Positions 17,520-36,200 of a stretch of 61,436 bases of DNA are shown here, piece by piece. Source of the DNA: a virus (Duplodnaviria; Caudoviricetes); the IMG/VR virus record IMGVR_UViG_3300034018_002789, positions 1 to 61,436 of that record; one strand, written 5' to 3'. The notes under the pieces were generated by a model. It did no database searches and was not told the DNA's origin. It worked only from the letters and a program-made list of their open reading frames with translations. The translations under genes were made by a program, and so were the position numbers. Within the stretch, counting starts at the first letter, position 1. Each line of letters starts with the position of its first letter.

Positions 17520-20500
17520 TATCATCTCCAAAAATATCACTCAGGTCAGGCTTTACATCGTGTTTTTTCTCCCGTATCTTGTATATTTTTGTTTCCTTAT
17601 CATTAAATTTTATTTCATGATCAACAAATGGTATTTCTTTTACATTTGCAGTTTTTTCTTCATTAGTCAATCTCAAATTAAGATCTTTTATAAATAAAGT
17701 TTTTTGTTGAAATTCTATTGGCTTAAATGAAAGCTTATTCTTAATGTCAGCAACCTCAGAATAAAAAGATAAATCTTGTAATTTACTAGAAAATTCTTTT
17801 GCTTCAGGATAAGTTTCAAAATTATTTGTGTACAATGATGTTAAAGTAAATGCGCTTGAAGAACCATAATCATCTGTACAATCAGAAGTATATATTTGGC
17901 CAGAAGATGTTCCATCTCCATCTGGTTCGCCCGGACAAATACATTTGTAACCACAAAAGTTAATTGCAGTAAGGCCTTCTTCTGCAGCAGTACATGGCCC
18001 AAAAGCTGAATTGTAATCATTAGGACAAGAACAAGGACTTGCGCAATTATTGCTTGATAATAACCATTGATACGATCCAGTTTCTTTTGTACATCTATAT
18101 TCACAATCACCAAAGGTAGGATCGCCACATCCAGATGATTCTTGTGAAAATTTACAATCTCCTGTTACTTCATGTTCAATCCACTCGCTAGCTTTTCCTG
18201 GAACTACAGTCCATTGATATTTACATTGACCACATGCTAGTGGGCTTGTACATTGACAATTAGTTGATACTGATTCATCAATATAAGTTCCTTCTCTAGC
18301 AGGAGCACCACAACTTCCAACTTTAGTACATTTGTTTTCCATTTCCTCCCATGTGCCTTGATAACATCCAAGAAGTTCGCTGCAAGGCTGTTGTGGTTGA
18401 CCAGGAGGGGCGCAATTTCTATATACTGTTGGCAAAAGTCCTAATGCTTGAGCTTCTATTGCAGTTAAGCATCGGCAAGGATATTTGCTTCCAGGATCTC
18501 CCGAGTTACATTCCTGACTACTGCTTGCTAATACCCAGTTGCTATTTTCCCATTGATAAGTGCAAAGCAAATCTGCCAAGCACGAACTCATACTCCATTG
18601 GAAAGAACAAGTTCCACATGTACCAGGAGTAATAGTTCCAGGCGTTGGTGTTGGTTGCGGTGTTGGTTGCGGTGTTGGTTGCGGTGTTGGTTGCGGTGTT
18701 GGTTGCGGTGTTGGTTGCGGTGTTGGTTGCGGTGTTGGTTGCGGTGTTGGTTGCGGTGTTGGAAACGGTGTTGGAAACGGTGTTGGAAACGGTGTTGGAA
18801 ACGGTGTTGGAAACGGTGTTGGAAACGGTGTTGGAAACGGTGTTGGAAACGGTGTTGGTTGTGGTGTTGGTTGTGGTGTTGGTTGTGGTGTGGGAACAGG
18901 TGTGGGAACAGGTGTGGGAACAGGTGTGGGACAAGTATCTTTTAATGTATATTGAACATCAACACATACGCTTGAAAACGATGCATTAAGATTTGGGTCA
19001 TTACTTGCAATCCAAAAACTCCATCCTGTTGAACTTATATCATCGTTTTTAAAAGTTTGTAAAGATGTTCCATAAGGTTTAGATACAGAAGCTTGTGGTG
19101 CAGGTGCGGCCAAATTACTTCTACCTGCAGAAGATGAAGCTTGATTGTTATTTGGCGATGGCTTGTAAGACCCATTTTGCAAAGCATCGGAAAGATTATA
19201 CAAATAATTTGACGCAGAATCAGTAAATTTAAGATTTACAGGGCCTCTAAAATCACTTGCAACAGTCCCGCTTCCCATAAGCAAAACAGTCTTGCCAGAA
19301 GGAGACTGAAGTAAAAGTTTTATGCTTCCCCAATCTGTTGTTCCTGTAATATTAAAATCATTAATATAAACTTCAACTTTTGATATTTTGCCAGTATCTC
19401 CGGGGCAAAGGAAGCAGGTTCCTGTTCCAAATGGGTAAGAAGAAGGTTTTCCATTTATTATTTTTACTTCTTGCGAACAAACATTACAACTATTTCCACC
19501 AAGAATGTCAATAACTGCTGGAGTTATATCAATAGTAGAAGGAATTGGAGGAAATGGAGAAATGGTTATATTGCTTGGAATATTTGGAACTGATCCAAAG
19601 TTAATTACACTTGGTATATTAATTGGAGGAACAATATTTATAACGCTTGGTATCTGTATTGGTCCAAATGGCCCTATATCAAGACAAGGAAATACTATTG
19701 GAGGGAGTTGTATATCGGCATTTACTAGAGTTCCAATATTAAAATCAATATCTGGTATAGTTGGCAGGTCTGGCAAAACTGTTTCAAGATTCACAGGTAA
19801 AACTTGAATTAGGGGTTCGTTTGCTTCGGTTCTTTCTATAGCGCTTTGAACAATTTCGCATTGGGCAGAATCTACTCTAACTAATGGATCTGCTTTATTA
19901 TTAGGAGCATAATTATGAGTTCCAGATAAGTTTACAGTTTCTGTATTTCCATCACTAAAGTCTATAATAAAACTGTCATAGCTGCCTATAATTTCTAGTT
20001 CGTATTCAATTAATGTTCCAGTTGTATTATTAGAACTTACTATATAATAATAAAATGTAACAGTTGGACAAGTATCATCAACTATTGGCTGTTGCAAAGC
20101 AATATTTCTTATTTTCCAATCTAATGTTGTTTTATTTGTGGAATTTTCAATCCCAATAAAATTTTCTATATTTACAGCAGCTCTTGATAATTGGTTATGG
20201 TGTTCTGCTATTACAAATCCACGAGCAATTGTTCCTGCGGGATTGTATTTTGGATGCTCTCCTCCAAGATTTCTTATGCAATTTAGTAAAGCAGATACTT
20301 TTCCAGTTCCATAATCTTTTTGAACATTATCATAGTATATTAATTCACCAGATATATTTACATAACCATTATCTGCCCATATTTCTTGTTTATCTGTTGA
20401 TACTGGTTTTAAATATATTTCTTTTGCCCATGCTTCCAAATTTTCAGTTAGTGGAGCTTCAGAGGTGTTATAAACTTTAAGAAGGTTATAATCCGTATCA

Positions 20501-20541
20501 TAGTTATTAGGGTAAACTACTTTTGGTGGATAGATTGCCAA
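17503..20541 (-). CDS. Large virion/fibre protein: AEHHN module, PKD-like domain, proprotein-convertase P-domain-like region, PTPx repeats, Cys-rich region
   Basis: IIDFSDG...THNY (PKD-like); [10 protein letters not shown]...[13 protein letters not shown]...LKFTDSA...GSYKP (P-domain-like); (PTPx)23; many CxC/CxYxW units. Confidence 0.8.
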   Translation of the reverse strand: MAIYPPKVVYPNNYDTDYNLLKVYNTSEAPLTENLEAWAKEIYLKPVSTDKQEIWADNGYVNISGELIYYDNVQKDYGTGKVSALLNCIRNLGGEHPKYNPAGTIARGFVIAEHHNQLSRAAVNIENFIGIENSTNKTTLDWKIRNIALQQPIVDDTCPTVTFYYYIVSSNNTTGTLIEYELEIIGSYDSFIIDFSDGNTETVNLSGTHNYAPNNKADPLVRVDSAQCEIVQSAIERTEANEPLIQVLPVNLETVLPDLPTIPDIDFNIGTLVNADIQLPPIVFPCLDIGPFGPIQIPSVINIVPPINIPSVINFGSVPNIPSNITISPFPPIPSTIDITPAVIDILGGNSCNVCSQEVKIINGKPSSYPFGTGTCFLCPGDTGKISKVEVYINDFNITGTTDWGSIKLLLQSPSGKTVLLMGSGTVASDFRGPVNLKFTDSASNYLYNLSDALQNGSYKPSPNNNQASSSAGRSNLAAPAPQASVSKPYGTSLQTFKNDDISSTGWSFWIASNDPNLNASFSSVCVDVQYTLKDTCPTPVPTPVPTPVPTPQPTPQPTPQPTPFPTPFPTPFPTPFPTPFPTPFPTPFPTPFPTPQPTPQPTPQPTPQPTPQPTPQPTPQPTPQPTPQPTPTPGTITPGTCGTCSFQWSMSSCLADLLCTYQWENSNWVLASSSQECNSGDPGSKYPCRCLTAIEAQALGLLPTVYRNCAPPGQPQQPCSELLGCYQGTWEEMENKCTKVGSCGAPAREGTYIDESVSTNCQCTSPLACGQCKYQWTVVPGKASEWIEHEVTGDCKFSQESSGCGDPTFGDCEYRCTKETGSYQWLLSSNNCASPCSCPNDYNSAFGPCTAAEEGLTAINFCGYKCICPGEPDGDGTSSGQIYTSDCTDDYGSSSAFTLTSLYTNNFETYPEAKEFSSKLQDLSFYSEVADIKNKLSFKPIEFQQKTLFIKDLNLRLTNEEKTANVKEIPFVDHEIKFNDKETKIYKIREKKHDVKPDLSDIFGDDNGNKK
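18645..18930 (-). repeat. 12-bp coding tandem repeat: PTPV x3, PTPQ x3, PTPF x8, PTPQ x9
   Basis: GGTGTTGGTTGC / GGTGTTGGAAAC / GGTGTGGGAACA units visible on the + strand. Confidence 0.95.
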
Positions 20542-20556
20542 TTTAATTCCTCTGTA

Positions 20557-22815
20557 TTAATATGTACCGATATTCCATTGACTTCCTTCTGGTCTTCCAT
20601 TTAATTTAGTAAATGTTAAATCTAAATCGTTAAATTTAATAAAAGAATTAGGACTATAATCATAACTTATATATGCATTATTGCTACCGTCGCCACATGC
20701 TAATAAACTATTTGTTTCATCATCATAGTTTAAAGTATCTGTATCTTGTACTTTTAGAAAATCAACAGAATTAAGGCCAGGTCCTCCTGTTCTCCAGACC
20801 CCCAAATCGGTATCATAAGAAGATATTGCGCCAGTATTATTGAAAAAATATATTCCTGACTGCATGTTTACTAATTCGCCTTCTAGTTTTGTTGGACCTA
20901 AAATATCAGGCAGTTTTTTGAAACCGCCCAACCAAGTTGTTGGATCTTGATAAGTTGAAAAAAATGACTTTATTCTAAAATTAGTTCCAACAGCATCATT
21001 TTTTAATATGTAATATGTATCATCTCTAAGAGCTTGCCTATAAGAGCTGAAATATCCGTAGCTAGAAACGCCACCAGAAGAAAAACCGGCGGTAGCATTT
21101 TGTTGTAACAAAGTGGCTTGACTAACAAAATCAGAAGATGATAGCGTTCCTGTTTGAACGACATTTGTTTCTGTATTGTGTATTGTTACCGATCCCCAAT
21201 TTGTTAAAGAAACTCCAGGGTCCTGACTTGTTGATATGTTGCCTAATATAAAATATGAAAGCTCATCATAGTTCATTGGAACCCAGTTCCAAGGTCTTGT
21301 TATTGTAGGCATTCCAGTAACAGAATACACTTCATAGAATCCATTAAAAGTAAAACAATTTATCTTCTCATTTGAAATAGGATCTCCATATACTCTTCCA
21401 CTTGCATAATGGACTAAAGATGTTCCACCATATCCTGATGTAGCTGTTCCTATGTTTCTAAAATTTGTGTTTCTTGAAAATTCTTTAGTAAGCTGAGATT
21501 CATTTAGGTATTGATTATTTTTAAGGAAATCATTGTTTGTAGAAATAGTATAAAAAGAATTTTGCTTAGTTTTAAATGTTTCGCTTAAGAATCCCATTTC
21601 AGATGCTTGAATTACTGTTGAAGAAGATCCAAAAAATGTAAACAACCATAAATTTGTATTTTCTATTATGTTTATGTAATCTAAATAATTTGTTATTCTG
21701 TATGACAAGTATTTTGTATCGCATCTTAAAGATATATCATATATTCCGCCTACGCTAAACAATGCTATTGTAGATGAAGAGTTTGCATGATCTATATCAT
21801 CTGTTATTTGCCATGTATACTTTACAATAGGATCTAATGGTGAATGACTGCTATTTACAGGTTCTCCGGCATAAGTTTCTCCAGTTGAAGGATTGTATCC
21901 AGATGGCACATAAATTGTTATTGGTAAATTTGTTGGACTTTTAAAAGTTCCATTTATAACTTGTTGCAAGTTGCCTGCAGTTATATATATAACTGCTTGG
22001 TCTGGAGCAGGATATTTAACATTTATAGCCTTTTTAATTTCAAAAGAGTCCTGTCCAAAATCATTTTTTACTGTTAGACTTACTGTAAAAATTCCTGGGT
22101 TTGTATAAGTATGAGAAATTTGATTTGAATTTGTTGTTGTTGTTCCAACATCACATGTGTTAACACATACTTGTGAAGTAGTATAGTTTATATTGCTAGC
22201 TGTACTATCGCCAAAATCCCAAACATATTCTATTGTATTATCTGGTATTTCTTCTCCTAATCTTATGCTTTCATTTGTAAAATGAACTGTCAAAGGAGCA
22301 AGTCCAACTAATGTATCAAAGCTAAACCAAGCTCTTGGTTCATATGCTAGTTGTTGAAGAGCCGTAATTCTTTCTTCAATAGTTCCTGATTGGGGTGTTA
22401 ATACGGTGTTTCTATTTGTTATTTTTTTACCAGCATATAATTCTATTTTTTTTATAGTATCTTTAAGAGAATTATGATGTTCTGCCATTACATTCATAAC
22501 TACGGTTGTGTAAACTGCTGGTTTTATAGTGTTATTTTTAAAACTTGGCAAAATAGTTAAGCCACTAAAAACATTATTTGAAAAAGAAGTATAGTAAAAA
22601 GAAACAGCTCTTTCTTCGGGTTCTGAACATTGTTCAGTAAGCGTAATAATACCTGTCGAAGGAAATAAAGGAGTTCTTACAGCATCAAATTCTACATTTA
22701 TAAATGTATCTCCAGGAACATAGTCGGTAGCCAACTTTAAAAATATAGAATCTTTTACCAAATATAAATTTGTATCATCATCAATTGTATCTGGATACTT
22801 TATTTCTGGTAACAT
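20557..22815 (-). CDS. PKD-domain virion protein
   Basis: GLAPLTVHFTNES...YVWDFGD...HTYTNPGIFTVSLTV; N-terminal VMAEHHNSLKD module. Confidence 0.82.
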   Translation of the reverse strand: MLPEIKYPDTIDDDTNLYLVKDSIFLKLATDYVPGDTFINVEFDAVRTPLFPSTGIITLTEQCSEPEERAVSFYYTSFSNNVFSGLTILPSFKNNTIKPAVYTTVVMNVMAEHHNSLKDTIKKIELYAGKKITNRNTVLTPQSGTIEERITALQQLAYEPRAWFSFDTLVGLAPLTVHFTNESIRLGEEIPDNTIEYVWDFGDSTASNINYTTSQVCVNTCDVGTTTTNSNQISHTYTNPGIFTVSLTVKNDFGQDSFEIKKAINVKYPAPDQAVIYITAGNLQQVINGTFKSPTNLPITIYVPSGYNPSTGETYAGEPVNSSHSPLDPIVKYTWQITDDIDHANSSSTIALFSVGGIYDISLRCDTKYLSYRITNYLDYINIIENTNLWLFTFFGSSSTVIQASEMGFLSETFKTKQNSFYTISTNNDFLKNNQYLNESQLTKEFSRNTNFRNIGTATSGYGGTSLVHYASGRVYGDPISNEKINCFTFNGFYEVYSVTGMPTITRPWNWVPMNYDELSYFILGNISTSQDPGVSLTNWGSVTIHNTETNVVQTGTLSSSDFVSQATLLQQNATAGFSSGGVSSYGYFSSYRQALRDDTYYILKNDAVGTNFRIKSFFSTYQDPTTWLGGFKKLPDILGPTKLEGELVNMQSGIYFFNNTGAISSYDTDLGVWRTGGPGLNSVDFLKVQDTDTLNYDDETNSLLACGDGSNNAYISYDYSPNSFIKFNDLDLTFTKLNGRPEGSQWNIGTY

Positions 22816-22816
22816 T

Positions 22817-23866
22817 TTAAACAACCTTTACGATAACCTTGTTAAATACTCTTAAAATTTGCTGTCCTTTTAATTCTACACTTAAAGAAATTTCATAACA
22901 TCCTGGATTTTCATAAGTATGATATGCAACATGTTCATTTGGATCTTCTGCAAAATATGTTTTTCCATCTCCAAATTCCCACAATCTATTAATTATTTCT
23001 GCATTAGTTTGATCTATTATTGTAAAAGATGTCGCAGACACACTTGTAGAATTTGCTGTCGCTGTTGATATTCCACAATTTGGAGATGCATAGAAAAAAG
23101 GATATGCATATTGATTTGAAACAGATATATAATTTCTTTTTGTTGTAAAACCTTGTGCGCCTAATGATGTAATTGTTCTAAGTTGAATTGTATAATTTCC
23201 TTCTGTCGAATAAGTATGAGTAGGATTTTTATCAAATGAAACCGCACCATCTCCGAAATCCCAAAAATATCTAATAGTATTAGATGCTGCAAAAGAATGA
23301 AATGTTACTGTTAAAGGAGTTGTTCCACTTGTTGGATAAGCTCTAAAAAGTGCTTTTGGGGCTAGTATTTTTGCTTCTTGTTTTTTTAACAAACCAGTTA
23401 GTGTGCTTGTGCTTGTAGAAGTTTTTACTCCCAAATATGTTTCCATATTATAAATTGCATCTTTTACTGCATTGTGGTGTTCGGCCATAACACCAGCTTC
23501 AACTTTAGTACTTATAGGCCACTCACTTTGTATATGTGCAGTTGGATATTGGTCTTGCCTTGGTGAACAAAATCCTCTAATTAATTCATAAAATGTATTT
23601 GATGTCTTTGCGTTATAGTAAATAAGTTCTGAATTAAGGCCAACATAATTTGGCAAAGATAATTTCAATATTCCCTTATCTGGAAAAGAATCAGTATTTT
23701 CAACAATAATAATTTCGCCAGCATATGACAAATATTGCGAAGTTTTAGTTATAGAAAGATTTTTTGCCTCATACAGTTGTTCCCAACTATCAATTGCTTG
23801 AGGGAACAAAGATAAATCGCCTAAAGTATATCCTGCATCATAAGAAGTTAATTTTTCAATTACCAT
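22817..23866 (-). CDS. PKD-domain virion protein (two PKD domains)
   Basis: YFWDFGDG...PTHTYSTEGNYTIQL and LWEFGDG...HTYENPGCYEISL; VMAEHHNAVKD module. Confidence 0.85.
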   Translation of the reverse strand: MVIEKLTSYDAGYTLGDLSLFPQAIDSWEQLYEAKNLSITKTSQYLSYAGEIIIVENTDSFPDKGILKLSLPNYVGLNSELIYYNAKTSNTFYELIRGFCSPRQDQYPTAHIQSEWPISTKVEAGVMAEHHNAVKDAIYNMETYLGVKTSTSTSTLTGLLKKQEAKILAPKALFRAYPTSGTTPLTVTFHSFAASNTIRYFWDFGDGAVSFDKNPTHTYSTEGNYTIQLRTITSLGAQGFTTKRNYISVSNQYAYPFFYASPNCGISTATANSTSVSATSFTIIDQTNAEIINRLWEFGDGKTYFAEDPNEHVAYHTYENPGCYEISLSVELKGQQILRVFNKVIVKVV

Positions 23867-24518
23867 TGTTATTTTTCTTTTCCATAATTCTTTGTGTATT
23901 TTGAGTTAATGCTTTGGCCATATTTACTTTTGTTTCACAAGTATCTGGCAAAGATAAAGTTGAACGAACTAATTCTAAACTCGGAGAAAATCCCAGCATA
24001 GCATGAAGATTTAGTTCTCCTCTCATTTTGGCATCCCAATATTCAATTTGAGCGCTTTCATCATCAAATTCTTTAAAACCATTTTTACCAACAATTTCAT
24101 TAAAAATATCTATTATTTCTTTGCACTCAGATAATATACTTATCTTTCTTTCATGCAATTTTTTTAAATTATTTTGCATGATAACCAACTGTCTTTTTTG
24201 TTTTCTAATTATAATATTTTTTTTCTTTAAATTTAAATCATTTATTTGCGGGCGTTCCCCAAGCTTTATTTCTTTTATAAGAGTTTTTTCTATTTTTATA
24301 TTTTGCAATTCAATATTATCAACAAGCAATTCTACTTCTTGATTTAAAGCATCTAAAGATTCTTTTCTTGAGTTTAATTCCCTTATACATTGCCACACTT
24401 TAGAAGTTTCTGTTACTTCTTTCCCAATCATAAAATTTCTAATCTGAAAATTAGAATGCTTTTGCAGTATTTTATGTTTCTCTGTAATATCGAATAAATT
24501 TTTTTCTATTTCTTCCAT
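23856..24518 (-). CDS. Coiled-coil hypothetical protein (possible fibre chaperone)
   Basis: Long heptad-rich K/E/L/I segment among fibre genes; the chaperone role is inference only. Confidence 0.65.
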   Translation of the reverse strand: MEEIEKNLFDITEKHKILQKHSNFQIRNFMIGKEVTETSKVWQCIRELNSRKESLDALNQEVELLVDNIELQNIKIEKTLIKEIKLGERPQINDLNLKKKNIIIRKQKRQLVIMQNNLKKLHERKISILSECKEIIDIFNEIVGKNGFKEFDDESAQIEYWDAKMRGELNLHAMLGFSPSLELVRSTLSLPDTCETKVNMAKALTQNTQRIMEKKNNNGN

Positions 24519-24521
24519 ATG

Positions 24522-25040
24522 TTACAAGTTCATAGCATTTACTATTGCCTTAAACTTGCCCCCTTTTTTAATAGCTCTATCAGCCCATTCTAATTTAGTT
24601 ATTTTGAGGTCGTTTTCTTCGCCAAATGGGCCTACTTCATCAAAAAATTCTTTATTTATTAATATTCCATTGATAGATCCGTCAACAAAGTTCCATATCC
24701 TGTCAACAACAGGAAACAAAATATCTTTATTGCTTGTTATAAATTTTGAAAGCTTTTCATCTATTTTCATTCTAAGTCTACAAGATGCATAAACAAAATA
24801 AACCCATTCTTTTGTTGCATTTTTCATTCCCTCATTTAACAATGACGTTACTGTATCTTTGCATTTGTATGTCCTATGTTCAAAATGAGTCATTTTTGCA
24901 ACAGATGGCATTAAAACAAAATATCCATAATTATAACTTAAGTTTTTAATACTACCCGATGTAGTATTTATATGATTGTGATCTCCATCAAAACTCATGA
25001 TGCCTATTTCCATATCGAGAGTTTTTGGAGCGAAAAGCAT
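24522..25040 (-). CDS. Small glycosyltransferase-like (GT-A fold) protein
   Basis: LLNEGMKNATKEWVYFV and GILINKEFFDEVGPFGE...EWADRAIKKGGKF resemble GT2 segments; no DxD motif seen. Confidence 0.55.
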   Translation of the reverse strand: MLFAPKTLDMEIGIMSFDGDHNHINTTSGSIKNLSYNYGYFVLMPSVAKMTHFEHRTYKCKDTVTSLLNEGMKNATKEWVYFVYASCRLRMKIDEKLSKFITSNKDILFPVVDRIWNFVDGSINGILINKEFFDEVGPFGEENDLKITKLEWADRAIKKGGKFKAIVNAMNL

Positions 25041-25045
25041 TGTGG

Positions 25046-25885
25046 TTACACCAATGAGACTTCGAAATCTATAAAAATAATATCATTTTCTGTTATTGGA
25101 TTCAATAGCTCAAATCCTAATCCACTCCCATATTCTGTAAAACTATTTAATTGCAAAGTGGGAGCATCCGAGTAAGATGGGTAATATACAGAAACTATTG
25201 GGAAAATTCTAACGCCATTAATGTAAACTTTTAAAGATTCCGGAGTAAAAGCAGAAGTTATCCCTGTGGTATAATTTTTATAATCTGGTGTAAGATATTT
25301 GCTTGTAGGAATTATATTATCATAATGCTTATGAGGATTTGAATATGTGTTAGACACTTCTGCTTGAACATACTTCGTACCAGAATCAACATACCAGTTA
25401 ATTGTTGTAGAAGATTGAAATGTTACAACTCCACTTGTAATACTTGTATTACCAGTTAGAGTTGCAAAATCTATTGTTATATCTGTTGCTCCATTTGCTA
25501 CAGATGTAAGCTTATCACGTTCTGCCTGTAACATTCTAACAAAAGGTACGGGATTTTCGACTAATGGATAACTTACTTGATAAGTCGAAAGTTGTGAGTC
25601 GGATACTTCATAGTTACCATCAACATGCGCTCCAATATTATGCAAAGCTGTGTCTATTGCAGAAGCCAAAAGATTTCCATTGTCTTGCAAAGATTGATCT
25701 AGTCTGGTATCTAAAGTACCAGCAGTTCCTGCAGCGTTTGCAAGTGCTGTGTTATTGGTTTCAACAACTGTATTAATTAAATCTTCTCTTGATTTAATTG
25801 CATCAAATGGCAAATTATCATAACTATAATGATAAGGCTGATTTGGTTGATATAATGGTATTTCTATATTGTTTATATCTGGCAT
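25046..25885 (-). CDS. Virion protein paralogous to the N-terminal domain of the giant fibre
   Basis: Shares DN.P, HN.GAH.DG, NPVPFV..L.AE..KL and VYING.RIFP motifs with about the first 290 aa of 25944..32735. Confidence 0.8.
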   Translation of the reverse strand: MPDINNIEIPLYQPNQPYHYSYDNLPFDAIKSREDLINTVVETNNTALANAAGTAGTLDTRLDQSLQDNGNLLASAIDTALHNIGAHVDGNYEVSDSQLSTYQVSYPLVENPVPFVRMLQAERDKLTSVANGATDITIDFATLTGNTSITSGVVTFQSSTTINWYVDSGTKYVQAEVSNTYSNPHKHYDNIIPTSKYLTPDYKNYTTGITSAFTPESLKVYINGVRIFPIVSVYYPSYSDAPTLQLNSFTEYGSGLGFELLNPITENDIIFIDFEVSLV

Positions 25886-25901
25886 AATAACTATTTATGA
25901 T

Positions 25902-25943
25902 CCTTGAGCCAAGAAAACCACGACTAAAGTTCGGGGGAGTATG

Positions 25944-25947
<4 letters not shown>
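25902..25947 (+). mobile_element. Solo IS200/IS605-type end remnant
   Basis: CCTTGAGCCAAGAAAACCACGACTAAAGTTCGGGGGAGTATGTCAA aligns with the tnpB left end at 61255-61295 and finishes in TCAA, typical of IS605 right ends. Confidence 0.6.
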
Positions 25948-32735
<6,788 letters not shown>

Positions 32736-32747
32736 AATAAATATCTA

Positions 32748-33224
32748 TTAAATGTAGTTTATTCTCCAGTTAAAAGTAATTTGCATAGTATTTGTTTTTA
32801 CTATATCTCCAAAAGTTGCCATACTATATAAGCTGCCATCATTCATAACTAAAGCCATTTCGTTTAGTGTGCTTCCATTCGCATCTGTATATGTAACAAT
32901 AGTAGAAAAAATAGCTTGTGTTGAATTTAAGCTATCAATTGAAGCGAATACTGTCTTATCAAGAACTGTTGGCCCAAACAAACCTGTTCTATTTACATCA
33001 ACAAACTTAGTTTGACCGCCAGAAGTACCATTTGTTCCAAAAATTATTCTACTAATATACAAAGATGTATAAGTTCCAGTTTCAGCAGTTATTACTTTTA
33101 CTAAAGCAAGTCTGCCTGTTTTTAAAACAGTATTTTTTCTATGTATTTCAGTTTTATCTCCATCAATAGTTTCTATGATAATTTCATAAAAACCTTCACA
33201 TTCTATTTGTGAATCATTTTTCAT
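32748..33224 (-). CDS. Baseplate/tail-fibre attachment protein
   Basis: KNTVLKTGR..L, FGTNGT and ANGSTLNEMAL...LYSMATF..I.KT....ITFNW.I pattern of fibre N-terminal-type domains; lies between wedge and fibre genes. Confidence 0.65.
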   Translation of the reverse strand: MKNDSQIECEGFYEIIIETIDGDKTEIHRKNTVLKTGRLALVKVITAETGTYTSLYISRIIFGTNGTSGGQTKFVDVNRTGLFGPTVLDKTVFASIDSLNSTQAIFSTIVTYTDANGSTLNEMALVMNDGSLYSMATFGDIVKTNTMQITFNWRINYI

Positions 33225-36200
33225 GTTATGTCCCCTTCTTGTGTTTTGCCATCTGAATATTCTATTTTAAAGCTAATACTTTCTGTGTTTTTTATTTGAT
33301 CTTGAGGGCCACCTGTTGGCTCTTCCTCTGCTCCAGCCATAGCAAAAGGTATTACAAGTCCCGTTGGGTCTGAATAATATAAGGCTGCCCCACTTCTATC
33401 TACACCCTTATATGTTACACCATCAGATGTAACAGATGCCTTAGTATAGTGTCTCAATTCATAACTGAGACTTGTTCCAGTTGTTTTTAAGGTCATCAAA
33501 TCGCCGCCTATAGTTAAATTGCCAGATCCGTCAACAACATCATCGACAAAGTAATAAGGCTTAGTGCCTATAAAAACAAGATAGTTTTCTTTGAAATTTT
33601 GTGTATCAACAATAGTTGTAGCAGGTATGTCAAATACAGGCCATCCTGCTGGTTTTTGTATTTTCATGCCATAATATGATAGACTTCCAGTATTTGTTGC
33701 AACTCGATTTAATATTTTCCCAGAATAAACGCCAGATCCTAAATTCCATCCAGAAATATAAAATGATGTGTTGCTCGATGAATCATAACTATAGAATTTA
33801 TATTCTATTCCAGTTCCATTATTATAAAAATATGTATCTTGATTTACCACTTGTGTAATATTAGTATACCCGAGGCCAGCATTTACTGTAACCTTGGCAT
33901 AGTTTTCAACTAAATAATTTCCAGTAGTTGATGTTAGTATAATATTACTAGAACTGTCTAATATTGAATATGATAAAGGATAAGTACTTATGTTGCTTAA
34001 ACTTCCATTGTCTTTAATATAAATTACATTATCCAAAACATCTTCTATATCATAATCTGTTGCTGATATTCTAACCTTATAAGATGCTGTGGCATAGCCT
34101 TTTGATACATCCCACAAAGTTTTTATATTATATTTATTATAATTAAATGAAGCGTCTGATAGTTTATATTTATTTGCTTGTGTAACAGTAAATGAAGGAT
34201 CATCAATAAAAATATTTGAAAGTTTGTATGAAAAATTAGACAAGTTTATTGGTTCTGCTACAGACTCTATTACTTGTATGTAAAACCCATTAGGATTAGA
34301 AACAGTGTAATTTCCAGTATAAACTCCGCTAGTTATTTCTAAAAAAGTTTTACTTGAATTTGAACTTATTCCTATATTTTGAAAATTTACTCCATAAGAA
34401 AATAAATTAATAATTTTATTATATGCATTTGTAGAACCAGTATCTAAAACTGTTTCTGATGCAAGATTATTTCTTAACATGTTTATAGGATATGGTCCAT
34501 AATAAACAGCTCTGTTTAACATAATTTGAGCATTTCCAGCGATAGTAAATTCATTTCCATTATAAACTATAAAAGTTTCTATTGTTTCTTCTGGCGGAAT
34601 AAAAAAATCTTCTAAACTTGCTGAAATCCAATGATCATTTAAATTAGCATGCAAAGGAATGTATTCATTTAAAATTTCATAATATTCAGTAATTCTAAAA
34701 CTCGAATAATTCTCAATTTCTACAACAATATCAAAAAAAGAACTTATTGTTCCACGGCATGGCTCTATAAAATTCTTATCTATATCACAAGGTTCTTGGC
34801 TATCTCTTAAAGAACCATTATATTCATCCATGTTATAAACATTTTCACTATATGGAAAAATAGTTCTTATTTTTCCAAAATTTGTAGGACCAGTTATTGG
34901 ATTTTTCTGAGCAACAATTACGCCAAACATAGAGTCAAATTCAGATATTAATCGAGTGTTCCAATCTTTTTTAGGAAAGTCAAAATACCTATCATCTCTT
35001 TGGTCTGCAAGAGGCAAGGTTTTTATATAATTGTAAATTGTTACATCCGAAGGATTTGTAAAAGGAAGTATTTGGTATGTTATTTTTATGTGGTCGCCTA
35101 AAACTAATGGGTTGCCAACCCATTTCATAACACTCTTGCCATCAGAAGTTGTTATTGTAATGTTAGACAAAGAAGAAGCAGAATATGGGTCTTCTTTTTT
35201 TCTAAATTCTATTTCAAAATAAGTCGTATTTATTGGCAAAGATATATTGGAAAGAATAAACTCGTTTATTCCCAAATATTGAAAACTTTCAGCAAACATA
35301 AAATCAGTTCCGCACTGCCAGAGCTGATCAAGTTTTACTAGTCTTATGTTAGCTTCAGATAAAGCTTGTTTTAATCCTTCGTAAGTACCTTTCTTTTTTG
35401 CTTTTGGCATTGCAGTCTTAATTTGCCTGCGCCAAAGTGTAGGATCTTGAGTTCTTAACTTTAATGAAAAAAGATTTGAAAGAAAAACTAAAAGAGGTTC
35501 TTGCGTTGCATTAGCATCTTGTATATCTTGAAGTTGCAATCCTAAATTTTCAAGAATATTAAAGCCACTTGCAATTGATTTATTTAATTTATTCAAAGTA
35601 TCAACACTAACATCATCATTTGCATAATTTGTAAAATACATTTCTGGAGTATATGCTTCCAGCAATTTTAAATATTTATCTGGAGAAACAATATGCGAAG
35701 GCGTTGCAACTGTATTTGCCACGTCCGAATTTAAATAAAACTTAACAAAATCAGAATAAGTTTCAGTTGATAATGAATTTGGTTGCCAAGTAAAACATAA
35801 ATAATAATCACCTTCTCTTACAGATGAGTTCGGCTTCCATGTAAATTCAAAATGGCCATATTGTATAGTTTCTGTATTTGAAACTTTTTTAACAACACTA
35901 TCTGTATTTGGCGCTCCGTTTACCCACAAAGATTCTGTTATAGATCCTATATTAAGTTCTACTATTGATTGTGTGAAATATACTGATGATGCTACTGAAG
36001 TATTAACAAGTTGCTTTCTTAATTCTTCTGCATCATTATAGTATTCTTGCTTTAAAGTAGGATTTACTTCTTGGCAATATTGTTGATATTTATTTAAATA
36101 TTCTTTATATAATTTAATATCAAATGTTTCACTTATGTTTTGTAACGAAGTATCTCCATTTATATTTCTTGCTATGAAATAAATTTTAATATTCGTTATT

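Noticed and set aside
18542-18989. ORFs with CWLR, GVGC, VLVA and TATN repeats
   Set aside because: Shadow frames of the 12-bp PTPx repeat inside the 1012-aa gene.
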